Part shown: positions 1-9,385 of the stretch, in pieces
Layout of the letters: every line of letters starts with the position of its first letter
How positions within the stretch are numbered: position 1 is the stretch's first letter
DNA from: a bacterium
Lineage (GTDB): Bacteria; UBA8248
DNA: 64,000 nt
Assembly (NCBI GenBank): GCA_965213625.1
Contig: CBDBZU010000004.1
Location: 2,848,001 to 2,912,000, forward strand
Reading direction: 5' to 3'
Position numbers and translations under genes: made by a program
The notes under the pieces: generated by a model
Database searches by the model: none
Seen by the model: only the letters and a program-made list of their open reading frames with translations
Told to the model about the DNA's origin: nothing

Positions 1-1
1 G

Positions 2-451
2 GTTGATAAGGTTTACGAAGTAGGTGAACAGAGAGACGAGAAGGGTTATATACGCATAGAACCAGCAGATTCTTTTTCGATTTCATATCTCATAGATTAT
101 CCTAAGCCGATTGGGAAACAATCATATCTTTATGACCATAAGAACGCATTGAGTTTTCAAGAAGAAATCGCACCGGCCCGTACGTTTGGTTTTGTCTCTG
201 AACTCGAATCACTTGAGAAAATGGGATTGGCCGAAGGTGGTCGCTGGGATAATGTTATTCTTGTAGACAAAGCGCGAGTCGTGAATACCCAATTGCGATT
301 TCCAAATGAATTTGTTCGCCATAAGATTCTTGACGTTATAGGAGATTTGTATTTAACCGGCCGTCCCATCCGCGGAAAAGTGACTGCTGAGAGAAGTGGA
401 CACCGACATAATGTCGCCTTGGTCAAGAAATTGATGGAAGACCATGCCTGA
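2..451 (+). CDS. lpxC: UDP-3-O-acyl-N-acetylglucosamine deacetylase, C-terminal part (5' truncated by window)
   Basis: Frame is open from base 2; EIAPARTFGF and RFPNEFVRHKILDVIGDL (HKxxD zinc motif) are LpxC signatures. Confidence 0.92.
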   Translation, partial: VDKVYEVGEQRDEKGYIRIEPADSFSISYLIDYPKPIGKQSYLYDHKNALSFQEEIAPARTFGFVSELESLEKMGLAEGGRWDNVILVDKARVVNTQLRFPNEFVRHKILDVIGDLYLTGRPIRGKVTAERSGHRHNVALVKKLMEDHA

Positions 452-502
452 TAACGAATTCATACCGAGCAATTTCGTCTACCAAATCATGGAACATCAC
501 TA

Positions 503-1555
503 TTGAACGAACAACACCTAACATACCGCGACGCAGGCGTCGATGTGAATTTGGGAGAGGGTTTTGTTCAAGCTATCTCCGAAGAAGTGAGATCGACCCA
601 TGATAATCAAAGTGGCCGTATCCTGAAGGGAGCGGCGGATTTTGCGGGTTTGTTCCGCCTGGGTGGGGAATATGAAGACCCTGTACTCGTTTCGGGCGCC
701 GATGGCGTAGGCACGAAATTACTCTTGGCCCAGGAGTTCGAGCGACATGATACCGTCGGAGTCGACTTGGTGGCCATGTGCGTCAACGACATTCTGACGA
801 TGGGAGCAGAACCGCTTTTCTTTCTTGACTACATTGCGACGGGTCAGATTGACCAAGGCGTATTGAAGACAGTTGTATCCGGGATCGCCCGAGGATGCCG
901 GGATGCGGGGTGCGCGCTCCTTGGAGGTGAAACGGCCGAGATGCCTGATATGTATGAACCGGGCGTGTATGACCTTGCTGGATTCGCTGTGGGGGTGGTT
1001 GAACGTGAGAAGCTCACCCCAAAAACGCCTGTAAAAGTTGGTGACGCGATATTAGCACTTCCATCCTCAGGTATTCATAGTAACGGATACTCCTTGGTTC
1101 GAAAAATATTTGGAGCAACACAAAAACGAGATACGGTGGCGCAAAGGATGGGTATTCCCTTTGAAGAAGTTCTATTGGAGCCGACTCGGATTTACGCAAA
1201 TGGGGCAAACTCCATTCGAGGAGAAGAGGGGGTAAGCGGAATCGCGCATATCACGGGAGGCGGAATTCCGGGAAACGTAAGTCGTGTGGTACCAGATGAA
1301 TTACAAGCAAAATTTTACCCGGATAAATGGACGACCCCTGAAATTTTCTCATTGATTCAAGAGTTAGGTCCAATCGAGAATGCGGAGATGTACCGCACAT
1401 TTAATATGGGTTTGGGCTTTGTCTTTCTAGTGAGGTCGAAGCAAGTGGGCTCTTTACTCGAGTGTTTGAAAAATGTAGGAGAGCAAGCCATGGTTGTTGG
1501 TGAGGTCGTTAAAAAACCGAAAAGTGGCCATTCCGTGGTCTTTGAAGGTGTATAA
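503..1555 (+). CDS. purM: phosphoribosylformylglycinamidine cyclo-ligase (AIR synthetase)
   Basis: TYRDAGVD, DGVGTK, DLVAMCVND, GGETAEMP, SSGIHSNGYSL, RTFNMGLG motifs. Confidence 0.97.
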   Translation: MNEQHLTYRDAGVDVNLGEGFVQAISEEVRSTHDNQSGRILKGAADFAGLFRLGGEYEDPVLVSGADGVGTKLLLAQEFERHDTVGVDLVAMCVNDILTMGAEPLFFLDYIATGQIDQGVLKTVVSGIARGCRDAGCALLGGETAEMPDMYEPGVYDLAGFAVGVVEREKLTPKTPVKVGDAILALPSSGIHSNGYSLVRKIFGATQKRDTVAQRMGIPFEEVLLEPTRIYANGANSIRGEEGVSGIAHITGGGIPGNVSRVVPDELQAKFYPDKWTTPEIFSLIQELGPIENAEMYRTFNMGLGFVFLVRSKQVGSLLECLKNVGEQAMVVGEVVKKPKSGHSVVFEGV

Positions 1556-1558
1556 ATA

Positions 1559-2212
1559 GTGCATTCACGGACACGATTACGGGTGGGTGTTTTGGCCTCG
1601 GGACGAGGGTCGAACCTTCAAGCTCTCATAGATGCCGGGCAGGACGAAAATTTTCCAGCGGAAGTTGCATTGGTTGTGAGCGACAAAAAAAATGCGTATG
1701 CGCTCAAGCGCGCCTCGATGGCTGGAATACGATCTAAATATCTGGCGCCGAGGGAGGATGGTTTCTATCGGATGATGGGTGATGAGATTGAATGTTCCGG
1801 AATCGAGCTCGTCTGTTGTGCTGGGTTCATGCGCATTTTACCGCCGGATTTTGTGAGCCGATTTTCAGGGAAAATCATCAACATTCACCCCTCGCTGTTG
1901 CCTAGTTTTCCTGGTCTTCACGCGCAAAAAAAAGCTTTGGATGCCGGCGCTAGGGTGACAGGCTGCACGGTCCATTTTGTGGACGAAGGTGTGGATACGG
2001 GGCCTATCATCTTACAAGCTGCTGTCCCTGTGTTGCCCCACGACGATGAGGAAACTCTGTCTGAAAGGATTCTCGGGTATGAACACCGTATATACCCATT
2101 GGCTGTACGACTCATCGCGGAGGGGGGCGTTTACTGCGTAGATGGCGTTGTTCAGTATTCTGGGGACGCTCTCCCGGAGAGTAGTGGTTTTATCTCGCCC
2201 ATTTCAGAGTAA
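1559..2212 (+). CDS. purN: phosphoribosylglycinamide formyltransferase
   Basis: SGRGSNLQA, NIHPSLLP, TGCTVHFVDEGVDTGPII; follows purM. Confidence 0.97.
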   Translation: MHSRTRLRVGVLASGRGSNLQALIDAGQDENFPAEVALVVSDKKNAYALKRASMAGIRSKYLAPREDGFYRMMGDEIECSGIELVCCAGFMRILPPDFVSRFSGKIINIHPSLLPSFPGLHAQKKALDAGARVTGCTVHFVDEGVDTGPIILQAAVPVLPHDDEETLSERILGYEHRIYPLAVRLIAEGGVYCVDGVVQYSGDALPESSGFISPISE

Positions 2213-2237
2213 TCATTCACAAAGGACCACGAGAGAT

Positions 2238-2963
2238 TTGCGCAAATTTAATTTTTTAATGTTTATAGTCGTTTTGGGATTTTTTGCATTCTTGCAAGAA
2301 CACTCGCTCGGGGCATCTATACAAGATGAGCCAAGTAAAAAAACGGACAAAATTATCTCGGCACTACAGGATAAATATGAAGCTCTTGAATCTCTGCAAG
2401 CCTCTTTCGAGCAGAAAAATGAATTAAAATCCCTCGGGCGAACGACTACGTCGAGCGGAAGCCTTTCATGGCAGAAGCCTGGTAAACTGCACATGGAGTA
2501 CGCCAAGCCTGAAAAGCAGGTTCTAGTTTCTAATGGCAATCAGTTTTGGCTCTACACGGCACGTTTAAATCAGGTAATGGTTTCCAAAACCGGGGGGTTG
2601 GGGTTTGGCGCAACCCCTTTGTTATTTTTGTCGGGCAAGGGAAATTTGAAAAAGAATTTTCAAGTGACCGTGGAAGAAGTTGGAATTGCCAGGCGAAGCG
2701 GAGGAATTTGGAAAGCCGGTCAGCCCCATCGCATTCGCTTGGAGCCGAAGTCAAAGAGCGCCTCCTTTCGCCGCATGTGGATAGAGGTAGAGCCAGAGGA
2801 ATTCACAATCCTTACCTTGGCGTACATTGATAATATTGGCAACAAAAGTCACTTGCGGTTTTCAAATGTTAAAGAAAACGTCAAAATCGCAAGGGAGGAA
2901 TTTGAGTTTGTCGTACCGCCGAATGTCGAAGTTCTACAAATGCCGACCCATAGCGGCCGGTGA
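2238..2963 (+). CDS. lolA: outer-membrane lipoprotein carrier protein LolA family
   Basis: Signal-like N-terminus; ASFEQ, KPGKLHMEY, VSNGNQFWLY, FEFVVPPNVEV. Start (TTG 2238 or ATG 2259) uncertain. Confidence 0.85.
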   Translation: MRKFNFLMFIVVLGFFAFLQEHSLGASIQDEPSKKTDKIISALQDKYEALESLQASFEQKNELKSLGRTTTSSGSLSWQKPGKLHMEYAKPEKQVLVSNGNQFWLYTARLNQVMVSKTGGLGFGATPLLFLSGKGNLKKNFQVTVEEVGIARRSGGIWKAGQPHRIRLEPKSKSASFRRMWIEVEPEEFTILTLAYIDNIGNKSHLRFSNVKENVKIAREEFEFVVPPNVEVLQMPTHSGR

Positions 2964-2984
2964 ACAAGAAGGGTTCACTCTAGA

Positions 2985-4181
2985 ATGGCGATGCAAATAA
3001 TCAACTGGGTGATGGGTTTGGGGCAGACGATTTTCTGGGCCGTGCTGGTTTTGGGGTTACTCATTTTTATACATGAGTTGGGCCACCATCTCGTAGCGAA
3101 ATGGCTCAAAATAGGCGTTTCCACATTTTCTTTAGGTTTCGGCCGCCGCATCTGGGGATTTCAGAGGGGAGAGACGGAATATCGCGTTTCTCTGATCCCC
3201 TTGGGCGGATATGTAAAGCTGGTAGGAGAAGATCCGGAAGCGCAACCCGATAATCCCGATGTGCCAAAAGAAGCGGATGAGCCGGAGAAATCTTTTTACT
3301 TGCGCCCAGTGAGCCACCGATTGGCTGTCATTTCGGCAGGTCCCCTGTTTAATGTCGTCTTGGCGATTCTCTTGAGTTGGGGGCTGCACCTTGGCGGTAT
3401 TCCAGTTCCCGGAACATGGGTCGGCGGTGTTTTGCCCGATACGCCTGCACAAAAGGCGAATCTTCAAACCGGCGATCATATCGTGGCCATTAGCGGAAAG
3501 CGGATTCAGAAATGGTCCGAGCTTGTTGAAATTGTACGAGAAAATGCCGACAAGAATCTCGTATTGACGGTGGAGCGCGGCCGACAATCTTTTGAAACTC
3601 TCATTGTTCCGACATCGAGGAGCGCAACAGGCAAAGATTTGGGTTATGGGCGGATCGGTATCAGTATTGGACAGGGCACCTACACCGAACGTTTTGGCTT
3701 CTTTGAGTCTTTGGGGAAAGGGTTCGAGCAGAACTACCGCATTGCCAGCTTGACGGTTTTTACGCTGTATTCGATGCTCACGAAGACCATTCCAGCGGAC
3801 ATCGGCGGCCCAATCCGCATTTCTGTAGTGGCCGCAGAGCAGGCGCAGCGCGGATTCCGCTACCTCATCATGTTCACAATATTGCTGAGCATCAATCTTG
3901 CGATTCTGAATTTACTGCCAATCCCTGTACTTGATGGAGGGCATATTTTTTTCTTGCTTATTGAAGGCTTGCGTGGCAAACCTATTAGCCTGAGAGTCCG
4001 GGAAATGGCCATGCAGGTAGGCACCGTTCTCCTCATCGGTTTGATGATCTTTGCCACCTATAAGGACAGCGTGTATTATCTTTTTGGGAGTGAACCGGCA
4101 GCGATAACGAAAAAAGAGAAGCAAGTAGAGAAAATGAAGGATGTAACGAAACAATCGCCCGAAAGCAGTAAAGGCAAATAG
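2985..4181 (+). CDS. rseP: RIP metalloprotease RseP (M50) with PDZ domain
   Basis: HELGH zinc motif, IPLGGYVK, PDZ region, NLLPIPVLDGG. Confidence 0.95.
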   Translation: MAMQIINWVMGLGQTIFWAVLVLGLLIFIHELGHHLVAKWLKIGVSTFSLGFGRRIWGFQRGETEYRVSLIPLGGYVKLVGEDPEAQPDNPDVPKEADEPEKSFYLRPVSHRLAVISAGPLFNVVLAILLSWGLHLGGIPVPGTWVGGVLPDTPAQKANLQTGDHIVAISGKRIQKWSELVEIVRENADKNLVLTVERGRQSFETLIVPTSRSATGKDLGYGRIGISIGQGTYTERFGFFESLGKGFEQNYRIASLTVFTLYSMLTKTIPADIGGPIRISVVAAEQAQRGFRYLIMFTILLSINLAILNLLPIPVLDGGHIFFLLIEGLRGKPISLRVREMAMQVGTVLLIGLMIFATYKDSVYYLFGSEPAAITKKEKQVEKMKDVTKQSPESSKGK

Positions 4182-4185
4182 GGAT

Positions 4186-5436
4186 TTGGCTATGTTTGAG
4201 CCATTTACAGACGACGTGTTTTACACGAAACCCATACCGGGAGTCGGTCTTCCTCCCAACGAGCAGAATACCGCTGTGTTGCCGATGGTTGGAGTGGATG
4301 CTACCGGTGAGGCGTTGCCTTGTGCGGATCCTTCATTATTCCCTCTGAATAGAAGGAAAAGTTCTCAAGTAGAAGTACGCGGCCTCAAAATTGGCGGCGG
4401 TGCTCCTATCGTTGTGCAATCTATGTGCAACACCTACACACATGATGTTGATGGAACGGTCGGCCAGATCGAGCGACTCGAAGCTGCTGGATGTGAAGTT
4501 GTTCGTTTGGCTGTTCCTGACGAAAAGTCGGCCAATGCGCTCTATGAAATCAGAAAACGCACCGAGATGCCCTTGGTGGCGGATATCCATTTCGACTATC
4601 GCTATGCCTTGCTGGCTGCGGATGCCGGGATCGATTGCTTGCGCATCAACCCCGGCAACATCAATGGGGAGGAGAGGGTGAACGAAGTGGTCGCCGCGGC
4701 GCAAGACCACGGCTTGCCCATCCGCGTAGGCGTGAACGCCGGTTCTCTGGAAAAGCACCTGCTTGATCGTTTTGGCGGCGCAACTCCCGAAGCGATGGTG
4801 GAAAGTGGATTGCGTCATATCGCCATGCTGGAGAAGCGAAATTTTTATGACACGAAAATCTCCCTGAAAGCTTCCGATGTTGCCAGGGCGGTGAAAGCCT
4901 ATCGGTTGATGGCGAAACGCGTCGAGTATCCACTTCATCTGGGTATCACGGAAAGTGGAAGCCTCCAGACGGGCAGCATAAAGAGCGCCGTCGGGCTAGG
5001 CATTCTTCTATCAGAAGGTATTGGAGATACCATCCGCGTTTCTTTGGCGGCGGATCCTGTGGAAGAGGTGCGTGTGGGCTACGAAATTCTGAAAAGCCTG
5101 AAGTTACGCCAAAAGGGCGTGAATGTAGTCGCGTGCCCGTCGTGCGGACGCGTCCAGATTGACGTAGATAAACTCACTATGGAAGTGGAGCAGGAACTAG
5201 CCCATATAAATGCTCCTATTACGGTGGCGGTGATGGGTTGTGAAGTAAACGGCCCTGGTGAGGCGAGAGATGCCGACATCGGTGTGGCAGGCGGCCATAA
5301 ACGCGCTTTAATTTTCATGAAAGGTGAAAAGTCGGGTTTGGTGTCTTATGAAGATATTAAGAAAAATCTGGTTGAGCGTGTCGAGCAACTAGCAGAACAG
5401 TACGAAAAAGGTCAATTCGAAGTAGCTCACTCCTAA
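4186..5436 (+). CDS. ispG: (E)-4-hydroxy-3-methylbut-2-enyl-diphosphate synthase
   Basis: VVQSM, ADIHFDY, RINPGN, GIGDTIRVSL, CPSCGR and MGCEVNGPGE Fe-S ligands. Confidence 0.97.
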   Translation: MAMFEPFTDDVFYTKPIPGVGLPPNEQNTAVLPMVGVDATGEALPCADPSLFPLNRRKSSQVEVRGLKIGGGAPIVVQSMCNTYTHDVDGTVGQIERLEAAGCEVVRLAVPDEKSANALYEIRKRTEMPLVADIHFDYRYALLAADAGIDCLRINPGNINGEERVNEVVAAAQDHGLPIRVGVNAGSLEKHLLDRFGGATPEAMVESGLRHIAMLEKRNFYDTKISLKASDVARAVKAYRLMAKRVEYPLHLGITESGSLQTGSIKSAVGLGILLSEGIGDTIRVSLAADPVEEVRVGYEILKSLKLRQKGVNVVACPSCGRVQIDVDKLTMEVEQELAHINAPITVAVMGCEVNGPGEARDADIGVAGGHKRALIFMKGEKSGLVSYEDIKKNLVERVEQLAEQYEKGQFEVAHS

Positions 5437-5446
5437 AAAAATCTGA

Positions 5447-7162
5447 TTGATGCGATTCTCAAGAGGTTTCTTGCCCACATTAAAAGAAGCGCCCGCCGAG
5501 GCGGAAGTTGTCAGCCATAAACTCATGGTTCGCTCTGGCATGATTCGCCGTTTGGCGGCTGGCGTATATACGCTTTTGCCTCTAGGCGTGCGTGTTCAGC
5601 GCAAAGTCGAGCAGATACTGCGTGAAGAGTTGAATCGTGCAGGTGCGCAAGAGGTTTTCTTGCCTACGCTGAATCCCGCCGAACTTTGGCAAAAAACGGG
5701 GCGATGGGAAGTATATGGCAAAGAATTGATTCGCCTGAAAGATCGCCATGAGCGTGATTTTTGCCTGGGTCCCACACATGAGGAAGTAATCACCGATCTG
5801 GTGGCGCGCGAGGTGAGGAGTTATCGGGACCTACCGCTAAATCTCTACCAGATTCAAACGAAATTCAGAGATGAGATAAGACCCCGTTTCGGCGTGATGC
5901 GTGGGCGGGAGTTTACGATGAAGGACGGATACAGCTTTGACCGGGATGAGGCCGGTTCGGAACAAAGTTATGAAGAAATGGTGCAGGCCTATACTCGAAT
6001 ATTTCAGCGCTGTGGTCTGAAATTCAGTGCTGTAGAAGCGGATTCAGGAGCCATCGGCGGGAGTTTTTCGCACGAGTTCATGGTTATGGCCGATACGGGA
6101 GAAGAAGCAATCACCGTTTGTGATAAGTGTGGGTACGCAGCGAATGTCGAAAAATCGCCGGTATCTTTGAAGCTGCCCGAGAATGAAGGAGGCGAACTTG
6201 AAAAAGTTCATACTCCTGGCGCTCATTCGATTGAAGAAGTGTCTGAATTCTTTTCTTTGCCTCCACATCGTCTTGTGAAAACCCTTTTATATGTCGCGGA
6301 TGATGAGCCGGTGGCCGCAATGATTCCAGGCCACAGGGAATTAAATGAAATCAAATTGAAGAATGCACTCGATGCGGTGGATATTGAGCTTGCCGACGCC
6401 GAGACCGTAAAAAAGCTCACCAACGCTGAGGTGGGCTTCGCAGGTCCCGTAGGCTTATCGGATATTCAGATTGTAGCAGATTGGTCCATTGAAAATAGTA
6501 GCGGGCTCATCGTCGGGGCGAATCAAACGGACTATCACTACAAAGGCGCGCGTGAGGGGCGTGACTTTACTCCAAGTAAATATGCAGACCTCACTGTTGC
6601 CGAAGTGGGAGATGCCTGCCCTGCATGTGAGGCTGGGCTCAGCGTCAGGCGCGGCATCGAAGTAGGACATGTCTTCAAGCTGGGTTGCAAGTATTCGGAA
6701 TCCCTGGATGCTAATTATCAGGACGAGAATGGCGAGACGCACACTATCGTAATGGGTTGTTATGGCATTGGCGTGGGTCGTACAGTGGCGGCGGCCATAG
6801 AGCAGAACCATGATGAGGACGGCATTATCTGGCCGACTCCAATCGCTCCATATCATGTGGATATCATTCCGGTGAGGGTGGATGATGAAACCATGAGGAT
6901 TTGCGAAGTCATATATGACTCGCTAGAGTCTGAAGGGCTGGATGTCGTGCTTGATGACAGGGATGAACGTCCGGGCGTGAAATTCAAGGATGCCGATCTT
7001 ATCGGTTTCCCCTACAAGGTAGTTGTCGGACCAAGAGGACTCAAAGAAGGAAATATTGAGTTAAAATCGAGAAAAACGGGGGAAACACAACTTGTGGCAT
7101 TGAACGATGCAGCATCTTTTCTGAAAAATCTGATTTCTGAAGAAATGAAATCCAACGGTTGA
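5447..7162 (+). CDS. proS: proline--tRNA ligase with editing (INS) domain
   Basis: LGPTHEEV, KFRDEIRPRFG, GIEVGHVFKLG, MGCYGIGV. Confidence 0.97.
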   Translation: MMRFSRGFLPTLKEAPAEAEVVSHKLMVRSGMIRRLAAGVYTLLPLGVRVQRKVEQILREELNRAGAQEVFLPTLNPAELWQKTGRWEVYGKELIRLKDRHERDFCLGPTHEEVITDLVAREVRSYRDLPLNLYQIQTKFRDEIRPRFGVMRGREFTMKDGYSFDRDEAGSEQSYEEMVQAYTRIFQRCGLKFSAVEADSGAIGGSFSHEFMVMADTGEEAITVCDKCGYAANVEKSPVSLKLPENEGGELEKVHTPGAHSIEEVSEFFSLPPHRLVKTLLYVADDEPVAAMIPGHRELNEIKLKNALDAVDIELADAETVKKLTNAEVGFAGPVGLSDIQIVADWSIENSSGLIVGANQTDYHYKGAREGRDFTPSKYADLTVAEVGDACPACEAGLSVRRGIEVGHVFKLGCKYSESLDANYQDENGETHTIVMGCYGIGVGRTVAAAIEQNHDEDGIIWPTPIAPYHVDIIPVRVDDETMRICEVIYDSLESEGLDVVLDDRDERPGVKFKDADLIGFPYKVVVGPRGLKEGNIELKSRKTGETQLVALNDAASFLKNLISEEMKSNG

Positions 7163-7266
7163 TTTCTGGGATTCTCAGGTTTTCATTCAAAAGATTTTTA
7201 AATTTCTTTGTCAGGCGTTGGCCGGGTCTGGAGTTTAGGGAAAGGGAAACTCCCTATATGGAAAAC

Positions 7267-7296
7267 TTGACGTTTTCGGGTTCAGGCATTTATATT
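7267..7296 (+). promoter_or_regulatory. putative sigma70 promoter for small ORFs/tRNA-Met/tilS
   Basis: TTGACG (7267) and TATATT (7291), 18-bp spacer. Confidence 0.5.
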
Positions 7297-7333
7297 CTGC
7301 ACTTGTAGTGGCTGAACTTTCTGAAGGAGATAT

Positions 7334-7531
7334 TTGAGCGTGGCCTACCAGGGAGTTCGCGAGTGTGTTGTCTGCGCTTGGCGTGAAGGTTGCCGCCTGA
7401 AGTATCGTAATGAACCGAACGGAGCGATTTTTTGTCTGGAATTCTCTCCGGATTTGAGGATACAACAAACCGAATCGAAGGAAATACCACCTTCGCCTGA
7501 AAGCCAGAAACGAGGAGCAAATGACAAATGA
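7334..7531 (+). CDS. small Cys-rich hypothetical protein (CxxCAWRxxC...C)
   Basis: RBS GAAGGAGA at 7323-7330; four Cys in a metal-binding-like pattern. Confidence 0.65.
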   Translation: MSVAYQGVRECVVCAWREGCRLKYRNEPNGAIFCLEFSPDLRIQQTESKEIPPSPESQKRGANDK

Positions 7532-7683
7532 GACGTGAAATCGAGATTCTTGTTTTGCTCTTGTTGGGATATTTGTGTTTGATGGTAGGCTTTCGCATGG
7601 AAGACATTGGCATTCAGGTTTTCTTCTATATTCTTTCGGCCATGTTTATTTTCGCCATATTCCGACCCAAGCAGTCTCCCTGA
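7528..7683 (+). CDS. 51-aa small membrane protein (not in ORF track)
   Basis: MRREIEILVLLLLGYLCLMVGFRMEDIGIQVFFYILSAMFIFAIFRPKQSP; GAGGAG at 7512; ATGA overlap with upstream stop; two hydrophobic helices. Confidence 0.6.
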   Translation: MRREIEILVLLLLGYLCLMVGFRMEDIGIQVFFYILSAMFIFAIFRPKQSP

Positions 7684-7696
7684 CGAGGTGTATTCT

Positions 7697-7773
7697 GGCG
7701 GCGTAGCTCAACCGGTTAGAGCATACGGCTCATATCCGTAGTGTTGGGGGTTCAAGTCCCTCCGCCGCTACCA
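7697..7773 (+). tRNA. tRNA-Met (CAT), elongator type
   Basis: GGCGGCGTAGCTCA...TACGG-CTCATAT-CCGTA...GTTCAAGTC...CCA cloverleaf, 77 nt. Confidence 0.93.
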
Positions 7774-7804
7774 TTTCCTCGCCGCTTAGGGGAGGATACC
7801 TTCA

Positions 7805-9304
7805 GTGTTTCCGGACGCCTCACAACCAATGTTCTTGAAGCCAAAAAAAAAATTTGAAGCCAAAGTGAGGAAAGGTTTAAAGAAATCGGCTTATCGGGCC
7901 GGTACGGGACCTTTGCTCGTCGGTTTTTCTGGGGGTGCGGATTCAACGGCACTTCTGCTGTCCTTAATGTCGCTACTGCCAGAATCGCAACCACTGTGCG
8001 CTGTTCATGTCGAACATGGGCTGCGAGGAGACCTGTCTGTACGAGATGCTGAGCATACCGAGTATGTGTGTCGCCGGTACGGCATCGATTTTCGTTGCGA
8101 GCACATTCATGTATCTCGAATAGCGGAATTGGGCCTCGAAGGGGCAGCTCGTGAATCGAGGCGTTCGGTTTTCCTGGCTGTGGCTCGGGAAATGGGCGCG
8201 AAAACTCTCGCGTTGGCGCACAACATGGACGATCAAGCTGAAACCGTGCTCATGCGATTATTTGAAGGCGCAGGAGTAAGGGGGATTTCCGGTATGAAGT
8301 GGCGGACCCCGCTTTCGTCGAAAGGAGAAGATAGGCCCTACGTCATCCGACCCTTGCTGAATGTGTCACGCGCGGAAATTGTGGAGTACTTGGAGTCGCA
8401 AGACATCTCCTGGGTCGAGGACGAAACGAATGTGGACGAGAGTCGCCTTAGAAACCGGATACGTAAAAGAATTATACCGATCATTCGAGAGAATGTGGGA
8501 GATACGGCCATAAGCGGAATCGCCAAGAGTGCGGAGATATCAGCCCCGGTTGCTTCCCTTTTGGATGAAATGTCCAAGGATTTGATTACGAAATTCATCC
8601 GTGAATTTAATGGAAAACTCGTCGTTTCACCCTTGGGGGAAGTGAAGGAGTTGGCTCAATCACTTCGAGCGGAGGTTTGGCGTTCGGTGCTCGTAATGCT
8701 CAGAAAAAATTCACCCGCCCAAACTGGCAGGCGCGCTCTCGGAAAATGGATTGAAGACCTGGACAATCTGGTGCTGGCAGATAATCCATCGGGTGTGCTG
8801 AGCTTACCGAACGGTTTGGAAGCGAGACGAGAATACGATCGCCTTATCTGCGGACATCCCGACTTTGATTCTAAGTTACTTGAGGAGAAAAGGCTGCGTA
8901 TTCCTGGAAAGACGCTTCATCATTCACTTTGCCTAGGAATAGAGGCATCGTACGATTTGTCGCATCATCCAGAAGGAACATGTGAAGTGCGCCTTGATGC
9001 AGAAAAACTGGGGGAGAATGCCTGTATCCGGACACGGCGTGATGGAGATCGATTCCATCCTTTGGGTCGGAAAAAAGCGAAAAAGCTCAAGGATTATTTC
9101 ATTGAACAAAAAATCCCGAAATCCTTAAGAAATCGTATACCTCTCTTGGCAGTAGGAGATAAAGTTGTATGGATAATTGGCCACAAGGTTTCAGCGGGTT
9201 TCCTGCTCGATAAGAACGGGAAGAGGGGGATTATCCTTAAAGCGATGCTAGAGAATCAAGACAGTAACTTCTTCAGTTCGTTGAGTAAGTGTTTAGGGGA
9301 TTAA
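7805..9304 (+). CDS. tilS: tRNA(Ile)-lysidine synthetase
   Basis: SGGADS PP-loop, HVEHGLR, AHNMDDQAET, IRPLL, RNRIR, C-terminal KKLKDYF domain. Confidence 0.95.
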   Translation: MFPDASQPMFLKPKKKFEAKVRKGLKKSAYRAGTGPLLVGFSGGADSTALLLSLMSLLPESQPLCAVHVEHGLRGDLSVRDAEHTEYVCRRYGIDFRCEHIHVSRIAELGLEGAARESRRSVFLAVAREMGAKTLALAHNMDDQAETVLMRLFEGAGVRGISGMKWRTPLSSKGEDRPYVIRPLLNVSRAEIVEYLESQDISWVEDETNVDESRLRNRIRKRIIPIIRENVGDTAISGIAKSAEISAPVASLLDEMSKDLITKFIREFNGKLVVSPLGEVKELAQSLRAEVWRSVLVMLRKNSPAQTGRRALGKWIEDLDNLVLADNPSGVLSLPNGLEARREYDRLICGHPDFDSKLLEEKRLRIPGKTLHHSLCLGIEASYDLSHHPEGTCEVRLDAEKLGENACIRTRRDGDRFHPLGRKKAKKLKDYFIEQKIPKSLRNRIPLLAVGDKVVWIIGHKVSAGFLLDKNGKRGIILKAMLENQDSNFFSSLSKCLGD

Positions 9305-9385
9305 CTCGTGGACGAATGAGAAAATTCCTGATAACTTTGAATGTGAGGTTTTGTAGACGCTCACCCGCAAGAAAAGGAATGTATT

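Noticed and set aside
7697-7773. CAT-anticodon tRNA next to tilS as the TilS substrate tRNA-Ile2
   Set aside because: The GGCGGCG acceptor stem and TACGG anticodon stem resemble elongator tRNA-Met; an isotype-specific model would settle it
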